Assembly: GCA_023128825.1 (NCBI GenBank)
Contig: JAGMDF010000082.1
Location: 8,626 to 72,625 of the forward strand
Reading direction: 5' to 3'
Length of the DNA stretch: 64,000 bases
Source of the DNA: a candidate division WOR-3 bacterium
Lineage (GTDB): Bacteria > Hydrothermota > Tepidihabitantia > B3-TA06
In this document: piece after piece, positions 34,353 to 43,413 of the stretch
Layout: every line of letters starts with the position of its first letter
Position numbering within the stretch: position 1 is the first letter of the stretch
Translations under genes and position numbers: made by a program
Notes under the pieces: model-generated
What the model was told of the DNA's origin: nothing
The model's database searches: none
The model's input: only the letters and a program-made list of their open reading frames with translations

Positions 34353-35456
34353 TTATAAGCCCAGGGCCTTAAGTATCTCCTGCTGCATCCGCTCGACCGC
34401 CTTGCCGTTGCCAAACGCCTCTAGATCGGGCGGTTGATCCGGAAGCGTTAGTTGCGCGATTCCCTCCAGTATAGCTTTGGGATCTGTACCTACAATATGG
34501 TTCCATCCTTCCTCAAGCGTTTCCGGCCACTCGGTCTCCTCCCGAAGCGTAAGACAGGGACGGGAAAGGAAGTATGCTTCGCGCTGCACGCCGCCAGAAT
34601 CCGTAAGGATCAAGGAAGCATGTTCCTCCAGCACAAGCATGTCGAGATAAGATACCGGAGGGATTACGTCGATGTTATCCAGATCGTGAGAGGAAAGCTT
34701 ATCCAGTGTCTTGGCGGTTCGCGGATGACACGGAAAAATGATACGGGGGCGATCTTCGCGGATAAATGCTTTGATGATCATTCCAAGCTTGCTTTCGTCG
34801 TCAACGTTGGAAGGTCGATGCATGGTTAAAAGCCAGAAGGGCTGATCATTCAACGCCAAACGATCGAGCACATCCGAGGTTTCGTGAGCCCGCGGCAGGA
34901 AGTAATGAAGGGTATCCAAAAGAATGTCCCCGGTGTGAATCACTCCATCTTTGCGTCCTTCCTTTTTGAGGTTGTTAACCGAGGTCGGTGTAGGGCAAAA
35001 CAAAATTTCCGAAACCGCATCGGTTACTATACGATTTATTTCTTCCGGCATCCTGCGGTTGCCGCTGCGTAGCCCTGCCTCAACGTGAGCAACCGGGATG
35101 TGGAGCTTTACCGCGGCTAAGGCTCCGGCGAGCGTTGAGTTGGTGTCGCCGTAAACTATGACCAGATCAGGCTTCTCATCCATAAGCACCTTCTCGATCC
35201 CAATCATCGCATCGCCGGTCTGACGGGCGTGGGTTCCTGAACCTACACCAAGATCGAAGTCAGGACGGTAGTTGAGTTCGTCGAAAAAGACCTGTGCCAT
35301 GTCAGGGCTGTAGTGCTGACCGGTATGAAGATGAAGGTGGGTCAATCCCGGAGCTTCTCTGGCTAAAGTCCTAGAAAGCATCGCCGCCTTGATGAACTGG
35401 GGACGGGCACCGACTACTGAGAGGAGCTTTCTCTGCGCTCCAGGAACATCAAACAT
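34353..35456 (-). CDS. wecB: UDP-N-acetylglucosamine 2-epimerase (non-hydrolysing)
   Basis: VVGARPQFIKAA, VYGDTNSTLAGALAAVKLHIPVAHVEAGLRS, PEEINR, LTDSGGVQREA. Confidence 0.9.
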   Translation of the reverse strand: MFDVPGAQRKLLSVVGARPQFIKAAMLSRTLAREAPGLTHLHLHTGQHYSPDMAQVFFDELNYRPDFDLGVGSGTHARQTGDAMIGIEKVLMDEKPDLVIVYGDTNSTLAGALAAVKLHIPVAHVEAGLRSGNRRMPEEINRIVTDAVSEILFCPTPTSVNNLKKEGRKDGVIHTGDILLDTLHYFLPRAHETSDVLDRLALNDQPFWLLTMHRPSNVDDESKLGMIIKAFIREDRPRIIFPCHPRTAKTLDKLSSHDLDNIDVIPPVSYLDMLVLEEHASLILTDSGGVQREAYFLSRPCLTLREETEWPETLEEGWNHIVGTDPKAILEGIAQLTLPDQPPDLEAFGNGKAVERMQQEILKALGL

Positions 35457-35461
35457 GCTGA

Positions 35462-35489
35462 ATCATAAATGAGATTTTCCCTATGTCAA
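35462..35489 (-). promoter_or_regulatory. Promoter (TTGACA-16-TATGAT) of wecB operon, leaderless
   Basis: The minus-strand -10 box ends 5 nt before ATG 35456, and there is no SD. Confidence 0.6.
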
Positions 35490-35512
35490 TAAGCACAACC
35501 AGAGTGCCCTCA

Positions 35513-35541
35513 TTGACAGAAGCCAGCAAGCGAGGTATTAT
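35513..35541 (+). promoter_or_regulatory. Promoter (TTGACA-17-TATTAT) of lptFG, leaderless
   Basis: The -10 box ends 5 nt before ATG 35547, and there is no SD. Confidence 0.6.
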
Positions 35542-35546
35542 TTGGT

Positions 35547-36752
35547 ATGTGGAGATTCCCGCGCTACGTTCTGCGGCAGTACCTCGTCCCTCTCGTTCTT
35601 GCATGGGCGGTGCTTACCGGCGTATTCCTTATGGACAGGCTCTTTCTGCTTGTAGATCTCATCGTCCGCAAAGGCCTGGCACTACAGCACGTTTTGGAGA
35701 TACTCCTCTACACCTTGCCATTTGTCATGGCCATGTCGGTTCCACTCGCATCACTTGCAGGTGCGATGATGACCTTCGGCAGGCTGGCTCAGGACAACGA
35801 GATACTTGCCTTGCGTTCTGCAGGAGTGAGACTCTTTTCGGTTTTTGTACCCATGCTTTGGTTTACCGCATTGCTTGCAGGAGTCATGGTCTACTTCAAT
35901 CTCTACGTGCTGCCTGAGGCCAACCACCGCGTAAGGAACATGCTCGCGGACGTCTCGAGCAAGAAGCCTACGGCGCGTATTGAGGAGGGACTCTTTAACG
36001 AAGATTTCCCAGGCTACACCATATACATCGCCCGAAAGGACGAGCGCCGCTCCAGGATCTACGATGTGATGGTATATGTAAAGAAGAGCACGGTTCCCAC
36101 GATGATCACGGCACCCGAGGGCAAACTTGAGGTCACCGCGGATGAACGCTACATGATAATGACTCTCTACGGGAGCGAGATCCACGAACAGGTGGGGGAT
36201 AACTACCGGCGCATCCAGTCGGACACGCAGGTAATCAACCTTGAGATGAACACCGAACTTATAAGGCGGGAACGCAGCAGGCGTTCGGAAAGGGAGATGA
36301 CCCTCCCAATGCTTGCGGCGGATATAGAGAAAAACAGAGAGAAGACAGGGGAATATGAAGCAGAACTCACAGAAGTGGGGAGCAACAAGATTAAACGTGA
36401 GGAGCTCGGTCGTCGCATCGAGAGCCTGGGGCGAAGGATCAACAGCCTGCGGGCCGAGATACACAAGTCTATTGCCTTTGCGATTGCTGGGATTATCTTC
36501 CTGTGTTTCGGAGCTGCCCTTGGAGGCAAGCTTCGTCGAGGTGGAATCGGGCTTGCGATTGTACTGAGCCTTATCTTCTTTGCGTTCTACTACATCCTTC
36601 TCATTGGCGGAGAGAACCTTGCCAAGTCAGGCAAATTGGTCGCATGGATCGCGATGTGGATGCCAAACCTCATCTTTCTCCCGTTCACAGTGGAGATCTT
36701 TGGGGAGGTATTTTTCGAGAACTCCCTCTTCCTGTGGAGACTGCGCCGATGA
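35547..36752 (+). CDS. lptF: LptF/LptG-family LPS export permease
   Basis: YjgP/YjgQ N-terminus RYVLRQYLVPLVLAWAVLTGVFLMDRLF and periplasmic beta-jellyroll region. Confidence 0.8.
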   Translation: MWRFPRYVLRQYLVPLVLAWAVLTGVFLMDRLFLLVDLIVRKGLALQHVLEILLYTLPFVMAMSVPLASLAGAMMTFGRLAQDNEILALRSAGVRLFSVFVPMLWFTALLAGVMVYFNLYVLPEANHRVRNMLADVSSKKPTARIEEGLFNEDFPGYTIYIARKDERRSRIYDVMVYVKKSTVPTMITAPEGKLEVTADERYMIMTLYGSEIHEQVGDNYRRIQSDTQVINLEMNTELIRRERSRRSEREMTLPMLAADIEKNREKTGEYEAELTEVGSNKIKREELGRRIESLGRRINSLRAEIHKSIAFAIAGIIFLCFGAALGGKLRRGGIGLAIVLSLIFFAFYYILLIGGENLAKSGKLVAWIAMWMPNLIFLPFTVEIFGEVFFENSLFLWRLRR

Positions 36753-37831
36753 GCCGCATCGATCGTTTCCTCGCACGTGAGTTCATCCTTTTTGCCCTGC
36801 TGGGGCTGGTGACGGTGGTGGTTATCTATGATCTGATCAACCTTATTGAACGAATGGGCTACTTCCTGCGCTATAAGGCCGCGGCAGTGGAGATATTGCT
36901 TTACTACGTCTACGATCTTCCAGCGACGGTTGAACTGCTCCTGCCGGTGGGTTTTGCATTGGGTGTGTTCATGGTGATCGGACGTCTTATTCGGTCGAAC
37001 GAGCTTGTACCCCTTTTCGCCTCCGGGGTAAATCTTTATCGCTTGTTTGCGGTGTTCCTTGCCGTATCTCTCTTCGTAGCCGCTCTTGCGTTCCTTGGAG
37101 GCGAGTTCCTCGCTCCCCGCGTAAAGACCCGTTTTGTGGAATACAAGACTGAAGCCATAGAAAAACGCAAAACGAAACGAATGAAAACAAAGAACCGGGT
37201 TTTCTATCTTTCGGAGAGTGGACGTGTTTACTACATCCGCCAGCTTCGCATCTCAGACAGCCTTGCCTTGGACCTCGTGATATGGGAACTTGACCCTGAA
37301 AGAAAGATCCAACGCAGTATTCGCGTAAAAAGCGCAAGATACTCATCAAAGCGGGGCTGGAATGGAGAGCGGGTTGAGATTCACGATTTCAGTAAGGAGG
37401 AAACAGGGTTCAAAAGTTACCCCAGCCGTTCGCTGCCTGAGATTACGGAGACCCCTGAAGAGCTTGGGGTTCGCACCAAGGGAACCGACGAGATGGGGGT
37501 TGGTGAACTCGGAGACTACATACAACGCATGAGAGCTGCAGGGTCAAACGTGGCGGTTGAGCTCGTCGAGCAGCACTTCCGCTTCTCATCCCCTCTGGTT
37601 GTTGTAATCGTAACGGTAATCTCGCTGGCTGCAGCTACCCTGCTCAGAAAGGGCAACATAGCCCTGGGGATCGGTCTGGGGCTTTTATTGAGTTTCCTTT
37701 ACTGGGGTGCGATCCAGGCGTCGCGAGCCTTCGGGTACGCAGGCGTTTTGCCGCCATGGCTTGCCGCCTGGCTCCCGAATGTCTTGTTTTTTGGTCTTTC
37801 AGGAGTATTATTGGCAAAAGTCAAACGTTAA
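36749..37831 (+). CDS. lptG: LptF/LptG-family LPS export permease
   Basis: Start set at ATG 36749, which overlaps the lptF stop (ATGA). MSRIDRFLAREFILFALLGLV. Confidence 0.8.
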   Translation: MSRIDRFLAREFILFALLGLVTVVVIYDLINLIERMGYFLRYKAAAVEILLYYVYDLPATVELLLPVGFALGVFMVIGRLIRSNELVPLFASGVNLYRLFAVFLAVSLFVAALAFLGGEFLAPRVKTRFVEYKTEAIEKRKTKRMKTKNRVFYLSESGRVYYIRQLRISDSLALDLVIWELDPERKIQRSIRVKSARYSSKRGWNGERVEIHDFSKEETGFKSYPSRSLPEITETPEELGVRTKGTDEMGVGELGDYIQRMRAAGSNVAVELVEQHFRFSSPLVVVIVTVISLAAATLLRKGNIALGIGLGLLLSFLYWGAIQASRAFGYAGVLPPWLAAWLPNVLFFGLSGVLLAKVKR

Positions 37832-37844
37832 GTTGGAGGTTTGT

Positions 37845-38906
37845 ATGAAGAGGTTACTGGTTTGCCTCACATTTGTCTTGGCCATTGCAGGCTGCGGCAA
37901 GAAACCGGTGCACATAATCTATGAAGGCGACCCTATTGTCACCGATACCTTCCCAGGCCGCATATTTATAATAGCCTCTGATCCTTCAAGCACGAATCTG
38001 GCCATAGGATTCTCAGACAGCCTTGTTATGATATGGGATCCGGTTGAGCGCGAACCCATAAAGAAGATTCGCCGACACCGCCACATCATCAACGACCTCG
38101 CCTTCTCACCCGACGGCATTCTCCTCGCGGTGGCCAGCGCAGACGAGGTGTTGACAGTCAACGACTTGCGCAGGGACCAACTCGTCGACTCGATAGTGCT
38201 CTTCAACGGTGCGGTCACCAGCGTAGACTTTTCCTCCGACGGACGCTTCATGGCCGCGGGTTTCACTGGCAGCGAGGTAGAAGTCTGGGACGTGGCTAAA
38301 CGCGAACGGTTCGGCAAGTTCAGTGGACACACCGGGGTGGTCACCGATCTGAAGTTCAGACCCGGAACGTCCGAGCTTTACACCACAGGACGCGACAGCC
38401 TGTTCTATATCGCGGATGTGGAGGACACCGTATCCTTCAAATCCAAACAGAGCTACGGCTACCTGACGGTGATAGCCTTTTCACCCGACGGGGAATACTT
38501 CGCCACCGGAGGCACCGATAAACTCGTTAAGGGATGGAGATGGGTAGGGGAAGAACTCCACTCCGTAGGCTGGTACCAGAGCGATCTTGGAAACGTGCTC
38601 GACCTTGTGTTCCTGCCGGACGGCTCAAGGATGGTGGCCGTGGACCAGGAGGGACAGGTTGTCTTCTTGAAGCGTACCGAGCCGGTTGATACAACCAAGG
38701 AGAAAGGTCTTGAAAGCGGCGGGGTATTCAGGCTGGGAATCGTTGAAGTCGGACGATTCAAGGCGCATGATGGAGCCATCCGTGCCTGTGCAATCTCAGC
38801 TGACGGCACCAGGCTTTATACAGGCGGAGATGACCGCACGCTCAAGGTGTGGGATACAGAAGCCATCCTTGCCCAACTGAAAGCCAAGGCACCCGAGGAG
38901 AAGTAA
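37845..38906 (+). CDS. WD40 beta-propeller lipoprotein
   Basis: Start set at ATG 37845 (MKRLLVCLTFVLAIAGC lipobox). Repeated ...H...V..L.FSPDG....A..D....VWD units. Confidence 0.8.
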   Translation: MKRLLVCLTFVLAIAGCGKKPVHIIYEGDPIVTDTFPGRIFIIASDPSSTNLAIGFSDSLVMIWDPVEREPIKKIRRHRHIINDLAFSPDGILLAVASADEVLTVNDLRRDQLVDSIVLFNGAVTSVDFSSDGRFMAAGFTGSEVEVWDVAKRERFGKFSGHTGVVTDLKFRPGTSELYTTGRDSLFYIADVEDTVSFKSKQSYGYLTVIAFSPDGEYFATGGTDKLVKGWRWVGEELHSVGWYQSDLGNVLDLVFLPDGSRMVAVDQEGQVVFLKRTEPVDTTKEKGLESGGVFRLGIVEVGRFKAHDGAIRACAISADGTRLYTGGDDRTLKVWDTEAILAQLKAKAPEEK

Positions 38907-39044
38907 GCTCTTAAACTCACGAACCTAAAGACTGCAGGGAGCATCACAGATGGTTAGTGGTTGGCCGCTATCCAAGCAAAGAAAGAAAATACCCTAACCA
39001 GATTGAACTCCCCTCAAAAAGGCCCTGGATACGGCTGGTTTGAT

Positions 39045-39605
39045 CTAGCCTTTCTTCCCTTCGATCCGGCGCGCCAGGGAGCCAAGCTCATCTATTGTCG
39101 GTTTAATATTCTCTATCTCTTCACGAGGGATACCCTTTACTTCAAAATCCTTCACCGCACGCTTCAGGCTCCAGAGCTTCATCAGGAAAACATTAAGCGT
39201 CCGTTTGCGTTCAGCAGCGGCCTTTTCTACCTCCTTATCCCCCTCTTCGTCGCCACTGGCCGCCTCGATCTCCTCAAGCTCGGCGGTAACCGCATCCCCT
39301 AACGCCTCTATGTGACGCAGTAAGCGCTTGGCATCCCCACGGGAAAGATCGTGCTCCAACAGCACCACAGCCCCTGTAAGGCTCATGGTGCGAACGCCGC
39401 CCTCGCGCTTTAATAGGGTATCCGGAACGGCCACAGTATCCACCACAACCACCGTGTCTACTATAGTATCTACCGCGTGCTGCGCGGTGGTATCTTTCGA
39501 GGTCTCATCCTGGATTATGACCACTATCTTTTCTTCCTTCGCTTTCCGGCAAAAAATCGCTCCCCCAAGCACACATAAAGCAAGAAGCACCAATAACTTC
39601 CTCAT
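39045..39605 (-). CDS. Hypothetical secreted protein, co-transcribed with the adenylate cyclase
   Basis: Signal-like MRKLLVLLALCVLGGAIFC. 4-nt overlap with the upstream cyclase stop. Confidence 0.55.
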   Translation of the reverse strand: MRKLLVLLALCVLGGAIFCRKAKEEKIVVIIQDETSKDTTAQHAVDTIVDTVVVVDTVAVPDTLLKREGGVRTMSLTGAVVLLEHDLSRGDAKRLLRHIEALGDAVTAELEEIEAASGDEEGDKEVEKAAAERKRTLNVFLMKLWSLKRAVKDFEVKGIPREEIENIKPTIDELGSLARRIEGKKG

Positions 39606-40927
39606 GTCTTAACCTCCTTGGGTTGAAGTAGTTCAAATACCTCTATCTCGGCATCCCCGTAATCTTCTATCTTTAGACGCCGCTGGGCAAACATCAAACG
39701 CTCGCCCACAAGCTCACGAGTACGAACGGATACAAGTATCTCGCCCTGCATAGCCGCCTCCTGCAACCGCTCGGCGAAGTTAACGCTCTCCCCTATGATT
39801 GTATACTCCATCCTACGGGAAGAGCCGATGTTGCCTGCAATGGCCGTGCCCGTATGTATCCCCATCCCCATCTGTATCTGGACCTTGCCTTCGTTCTCAC
39901 GCTGGAAATTCAATCTGGCGATCACACGCTGTATACCAAGGGCTGCCTGGCATGTCCGCAAAGCGTAGTCCTTCTGCGACAGAGGCGCATTCCAAAAAGC
40001 GAGGAAGCCGTCGCCCATGAACTTATCCAGCACCCCTTCATTCTCGATTATTACGTCAATTACGGGAGCGAAGTAGTGGTTAAGCAAGGCGATGATCTCC
40101 TCGGGTGCCATGTGCTGGGAGAACTTAGTGAAGCCCCGGATGTCTGCAAAGAGAATCGAGACCTCACGCCGATCACCCTTAAGATTAACGAATTCCTTCT
40201 CGGAGAGTATCTTCTCAGCAACCTGGCGGGTGACGTAGCGTTTGAAGATGCGCTTAACGAATTCGCCTTCTTCCAGCCCGCGCATCATCCAGTTGAACGC
40301 CTCCCCCAGAACACCCACCTCGTCTCTTGATTTAACGGTGACGCGGGCAGCCAGATTCCCTTTACCAACCTCCTGCATCGCCGAGGCAAGTGTACGCAGT
40401 GGTTTTGTGCTTCTGCGTGCGAAGAGAAGAATCAGCACTATCCCTACCACGAACGCGGCTGCACCTACAACAACAATCCGCCAGACAAAATCCCATATCC
40501 CCCGCTCAAGATTGGCCAACGAGTAGACGAGATCTATGGTATAAGCCGCCTCCTCCGCTTGTGCGTTTCGTATCTCCGCATGGTAGCGCTGTCTGCGGCC
40601 GCCTTCCGGCGTCTGGCGCTTCTCGCTTAAAACCGTATCAGCTGAAGCTATTGTAATTTCAACAAGATCAAGATCGTAGCCCGCGGCACGAAAACGACTG
40701 GAGAAGATCTCGGAAAGATATGCACCAAATTCCGCATCAGGCATCTGGTTACGGGCAATACGGAGGGTATTGATAACATCAACCACCCTGTATTTAGCGT
40801 CACGTTCCTTGGCCTTGATAAAGAAGTTAGCCGACATCACCAGAACCCCCGCTAACAGCAGACCGTAGAGCGCACTAAAGATTATAACCAGCTTACCCGC
40901 AAGCCCCATACCCTGTCTTTTCATCAT
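39602..40927 (-). CDS. Class III adenylate/guanylate cyclase with TM sensor and HAMP domain
   Basis: HAMP region RSTKPLRTLASAMQEVGKGNLAARV. Cyclase core VSILFADIRGFTKFSQ...DKFMGDGFLAFWNAP...GIHTGTAIAGNIGS. Confidence 0.9.
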   Translation of the reverse strand: MMKRQGMGLAGKLVIIFSALYGLLLAGVLVMSANFFIKAKERDAKYRVVDVINTLRIARNQMPDAEFGAYLSEIFSSRFRAAGYDLDLVEITIASADTVLSEKRQTPEGGRRQRYHAEIRNAQAEEAAYTIDLVYSLANLERGIWDFVWRIVVVGAAAFVVGIVLILLFARRSTKPLRTLASAMQEVGKGNLAARVTVKSRDEVGVLGEAFNWMMRGLEEGEFVKRIFKRYVTRQVAEKILSEKEFVNLKGDRREVSILFADIRGFTKFSQHMAPEEIIALLNHYFAPVIDVIIENEGVLDKFMGDGFLAFWNAPLSQKDYALRTCQAALGIQRVIARLNFQRENEGKVQIQMGMGIHTGTAIAGNIGSSRRMEYTIIGESVNFAERLQEAAMQGEILVSVRTRELVGERLMFAQRRLKIEDYGDAEIEVFELLQPKEVKT

Positions 40928-41046
40928 GATAGCATACTCCGCATTAAGAACTTGTCAAGGGTGCGCAACGAGCTAAAACTCATAAGTAAAACAATTGACA
41001 AATCCCCAGGTTGGATTATCCTTCAGGTATAAACGACGGAGGCAAG

Positions 41047-41520
41047 ATGAAGCATGTGCTTTTAGTGGTGTTGGTGTGTTCAACTGTCTTCTCAGGAGCA
41101 GCATTAGCCGCCCATTCAGGCCACGGGAATATAGGGGTAGGCGTTGCGTTGGGGGCGCCGATAGGGCTCTCCGGCAAATTCTGGATCTTTAACAGAAGCG
41201 CTATTGATGCCGTACTTGGTTGGGATTTTCAATACCAACGGTTCGCCTTTCAAGGGGGATACCTGTATCATTTCCCCATCGAGAACGTTTCAAAAGGTTA
41301 TCTGGCGGGCTATGCAGGAGTTGGTGGATTGCTCAAGCTCAGCCCCCCTTCTGATGAACGACCCGATGCATCAATTATCTTCTCTGGTCGACTTCCCATA
41401 GGACTGGAGTATATCTACAAGCCGATAAGTTTCTTTGCCGAAATCGATCCCCTTCTGGATTTCCACCCTAACCTGTACTTTGATTTCGCAGGCGGGGTGG
41501 GCTTCAGGTTCTATTTCTAA
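41047..41520 (+). CDS. Small outer-membrane beta-barrel protein
   Basis: Start set at ATG 41047 (MKHVLLVVLVCSTVFSGAALA). Gly/aromatic strands and a terminal GVGFRFYF. Confidence 0.55.
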   Translation: MKHVLLVVLVCSTVFSGAALAAHSGHGNIGVGVALGAPIGLSGKFWIFNRSAIDAVLGWDFQYQRFAFQGGYLYHFPIENVSKGYLAGYAGVGGLLKLSPPSDERPDASIIFSGRLPIGLEYIYKPISFFAEIDPLLDFHPNLYFDFAGGVGFRFYF

Positions 41521-41531
41521 CTCAAAAGGTG

Positions 41532-41570
41532 AAGGAGCGGCCCTCAGGCCGCTCCTTACTTGTCTTGAAT
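41532..41570 (+). terminator. Hairpin terminator
   Basis: AAGGAGCGGCC-CTCA-GGCCGCTCCTT (11-bp perfect stem) followed by a weak T-rich tail ACTTGTCTTG. Confidence 0.55.
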
Positions 41571-41634
41571 TCTCTATACGGAGAGTGTGGATTCCCTTTG
41601 ACTACCAGTGAAGCTACTTTCCACTGGAAGGAAA

Positions 41635-42723
41635 CTACTCTTCGCTGACGACAAAGCGCCAGGGCTTTAAGCCCGTCGTGTCTTTAGTTGCTCCCCATAA
41701 ATCCGTGGGAACCGGGTACCAGTAGTAGGTAACACCCGCCGATACCTCTACCGAATACTCCGCGGTCTCCAAACTATCTGCCACCGGGGCTCCCAGATCC
41801 GAAACGAAGACTGTATCCTTTTCCGGATCGGGCGCGAAGTAGAGATCGTAGATAAGTGGGTCACCGTCCAAATCATTGGGGCGCCAGAGCAGCTTTACAA
41901 AACCGCTGGCTGGAGGATCTATAGGAACGAAAGTGTCAGGGGGAGTTGGCGAATAGGCTGCCGGGACCCTGTTCTCGCCTCGCTCAAAGTGAAAGACCTC
42001 GCTTTCGGACTCCTGACCGTAGGGATCCCTTGTTAGAATCATCCAATAGTAATGCGTTTCAGGACGTAGATACGGAGGATCTTTGTCCCACTGAGAGGTT
42101 CCCCACGAGCCCGTATCAGGGACGGTGCCCTTATTAGTCTCGTATACCAACTTTATGTTGCCGGGACTCCCCTCGCCGAACCAAACCTCAAAGGTCAGTT
42201 CTTGTTTCGGGTACTTGTCAGGGTCACTACCCTGCCACTTCATAATCAGGGAAGCCAGTTGAAGTGTTTTATCGTTTTCTGGAGCCATCAAATTGGCCTT
42301 GTTGGGGGGATCGTTTGGGATCCTGATGAGGTAGGAAAGGGACTCCGAGACCCCTTCGTTTACAGCCGCATCGTATGCTTTCGCGCTGATGATGTATACC
42401 ACGCTGTCTTCAAGTTCCTGGGTTTGCCACTCGTAGACGTACTCGTTTTCACTTCCACCGGTGGGTTCGGTTAAGTATGATCCCACGTATTCATCGTTTA
42501 CAAAGAACTTGACCGTATCAACACCAACGTCGTCAGTAGCTGTTGCGATTACCTTCGCCACTCCTTTGATGACATCACCGTCTATCTCCGACCTGTAGTT
42601 ATCGGTTGACTGAACGACAATGCTTATCTCAGGGGGTTCGGTGTCTTCCGGTTTGCAGCCTACGAACGCTCCCATACCCACAACCAACACCAGTACAATC
42701 ACAGCCACAGAGACTTTCTTCAT
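41635..42723 (-). CDS. Lipoprotein with Ig-like/FN3-like domains
   Basis: Signal/lipobox MKKVSVAVIVLVLVVGMGAFVGC. VDTVKFFVNDEYVG is typical of Big-like domains. Function unknown. Confidence 0.65.
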   Translation of the reverse strand: MKKVSVAVIVLVLVVGMGAFVGCKPEDTEPPEISIVVQSTDNYRSEIDGDVIKGVAKVIATATDDVGVDTVKFFVNDEYVGSYLTEPTGGSENEYVYEWQTQELEDSVVYIISAKAYDAAVNEGVSESLSYLIRIPNDPPNKANLMAPENDKTLQLASLIMKWQGSDPDKYPKQELTFEVWFGEGSPGNIKLVYETNKGTVPDTGSWGTSQWDKDPPYLRPETHYYWMILTRDPYGQESESEVFHFERGENRVPAAYSPTPPDTFVPIDPPASGFVKLLWRPNDLDGDPLIYDLYFAPDPEKDTVFVSDLGAPVADSLETAEYSVEVSAGVTYYWYPVPTDLWGATKDTTGLKPWRFVVSEE

Positions 42724-42802
42724 TGTGCACCTCCTAACGTGCTTTATTTCATCCTAATACAGAAGAATACCCCTGGAGTGAAGCTTGTCAAGACCTGCTG
42801 GC

Positions 42803-42830
42803 TTGACTTCCAGCTTTAATCAGTTATATT
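42803..42830 (+). promoter_or_regulatory. Promoter of tRNA-Leu (TTGACT-16-TATATT)
   Basis: TTGACT at 42803-42808 and TATATT at 42825-42830. The tRNA starts at 42841. Confidence 0.6.
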
Positions 42831-42840
42831 TATGATCGTT

Positions 42841-42922
42841 GCCGGGGTGGTGAAATTGGCAGACACGTACGTTTGAGGGGCGTATGGGTAACTCCGTGCG
42901 GGTTCAAGTCCCGCCCCCGGCA
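42841..42922 (+). tRNA. tRNA-Leu (anticodon GAG)
   Basis: Class II tRNA: acceptor GCCGGGG/CCCCGGC, anticodon arm TACGT-TTGAGGG-GCGTA, long variable arm, T arm GCGGG-TTCAAGT-CCCGC. Confidence 0.9.
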
Positions 42923-42972
42923 TTAAATCCTCCTTTCGTCCTGCGGACAAAAGATCGGAAAAAGATTTATTG

Positions 42973-43003
42973 AAGAGCTGGTAACGTCAGCTCTTTCGTT
43001 TTT
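42973..43003. terminator. Bidirectional hairpin terminator
   Basis: AAGAGCTG-GTAACGT-CAGCTCTT with T-runs on both strands. It lies between tRNA-Leu (+) and the minus-strand operon that ends at 43042. Confidence 0.6.
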
Positions 43004-43037
43004 CTGCGATCTTTCCTGCGTGGCAGGAAAGGAGCAT
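43004..43037 (+). repeat. Family-A hairpin repeat, 4 nt from the stop codon of the minus-strand gene
   Basis: CTGCGATC-TTTCCTGC-GTG-GCAGGAAA-GGAGCAT. Confidence 0.75.
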
Positions 43038-43041
43038 AAAT

Positions 43042-43413
43042 TTAGTAACCGAGGCGGCGCAGCTCGGCATCGGACAGCCCGAAGAAGTGGCCTATCTCGT
43101 GAAGAACCACACGGCGCAGGAGCGTCTTGATCTCGGAAGGTGCACTGGCGTAGCGCTCAATCAGAGATTTGTAGATAACGATCCGATCCGGCCAAAGACC
43201 GTAACCCGTTGCCCCTCTCCGACGAAGCGGAACGCCGTGGTAGAAACCCAGAACCCGACCACCCATAAACGAGGGCGGATCCGCGGCATCAGGGTAATCC
43301 TTGACCGCGATAACGATGTTGCGCTCGTCTAAAGCCTGCTTGAATTTTGCCGGCAGTCCCTCAATCGTCTCCCTCACGATCCGCTCGAACTCCTCGCGAC
43401 CAAGCTTGCTCAT
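43042..43413 (-). CDS. Small zincin-like metallopeptidase family protein (HExxH)
   Basis: Start set at ATG 43413, which overlaps the xerD stop. VVLHEIGHFFGLSDAEL carries the HExxH motif. The layout resembles the DUF1025/Zincin_1 family. Confidence 0.75.
   Translation of the reverse strand: MSKLGREEFERIVRETIEGLPAKFKQALDERNIVIAVKDYPDAADPPSFMGGRVLGFYHGVPLRRRGATGYGLWPDRIVIYKSLIERYASAPSEIKTLLRRVVLHEIGHFFGLSDAELRRLGY

Noticed and set aside
35751-36464. 237-aa minus ORF inside lptF
   Set aside because: Antisense shadow of a recognisable YjgP/YjgQ permease.
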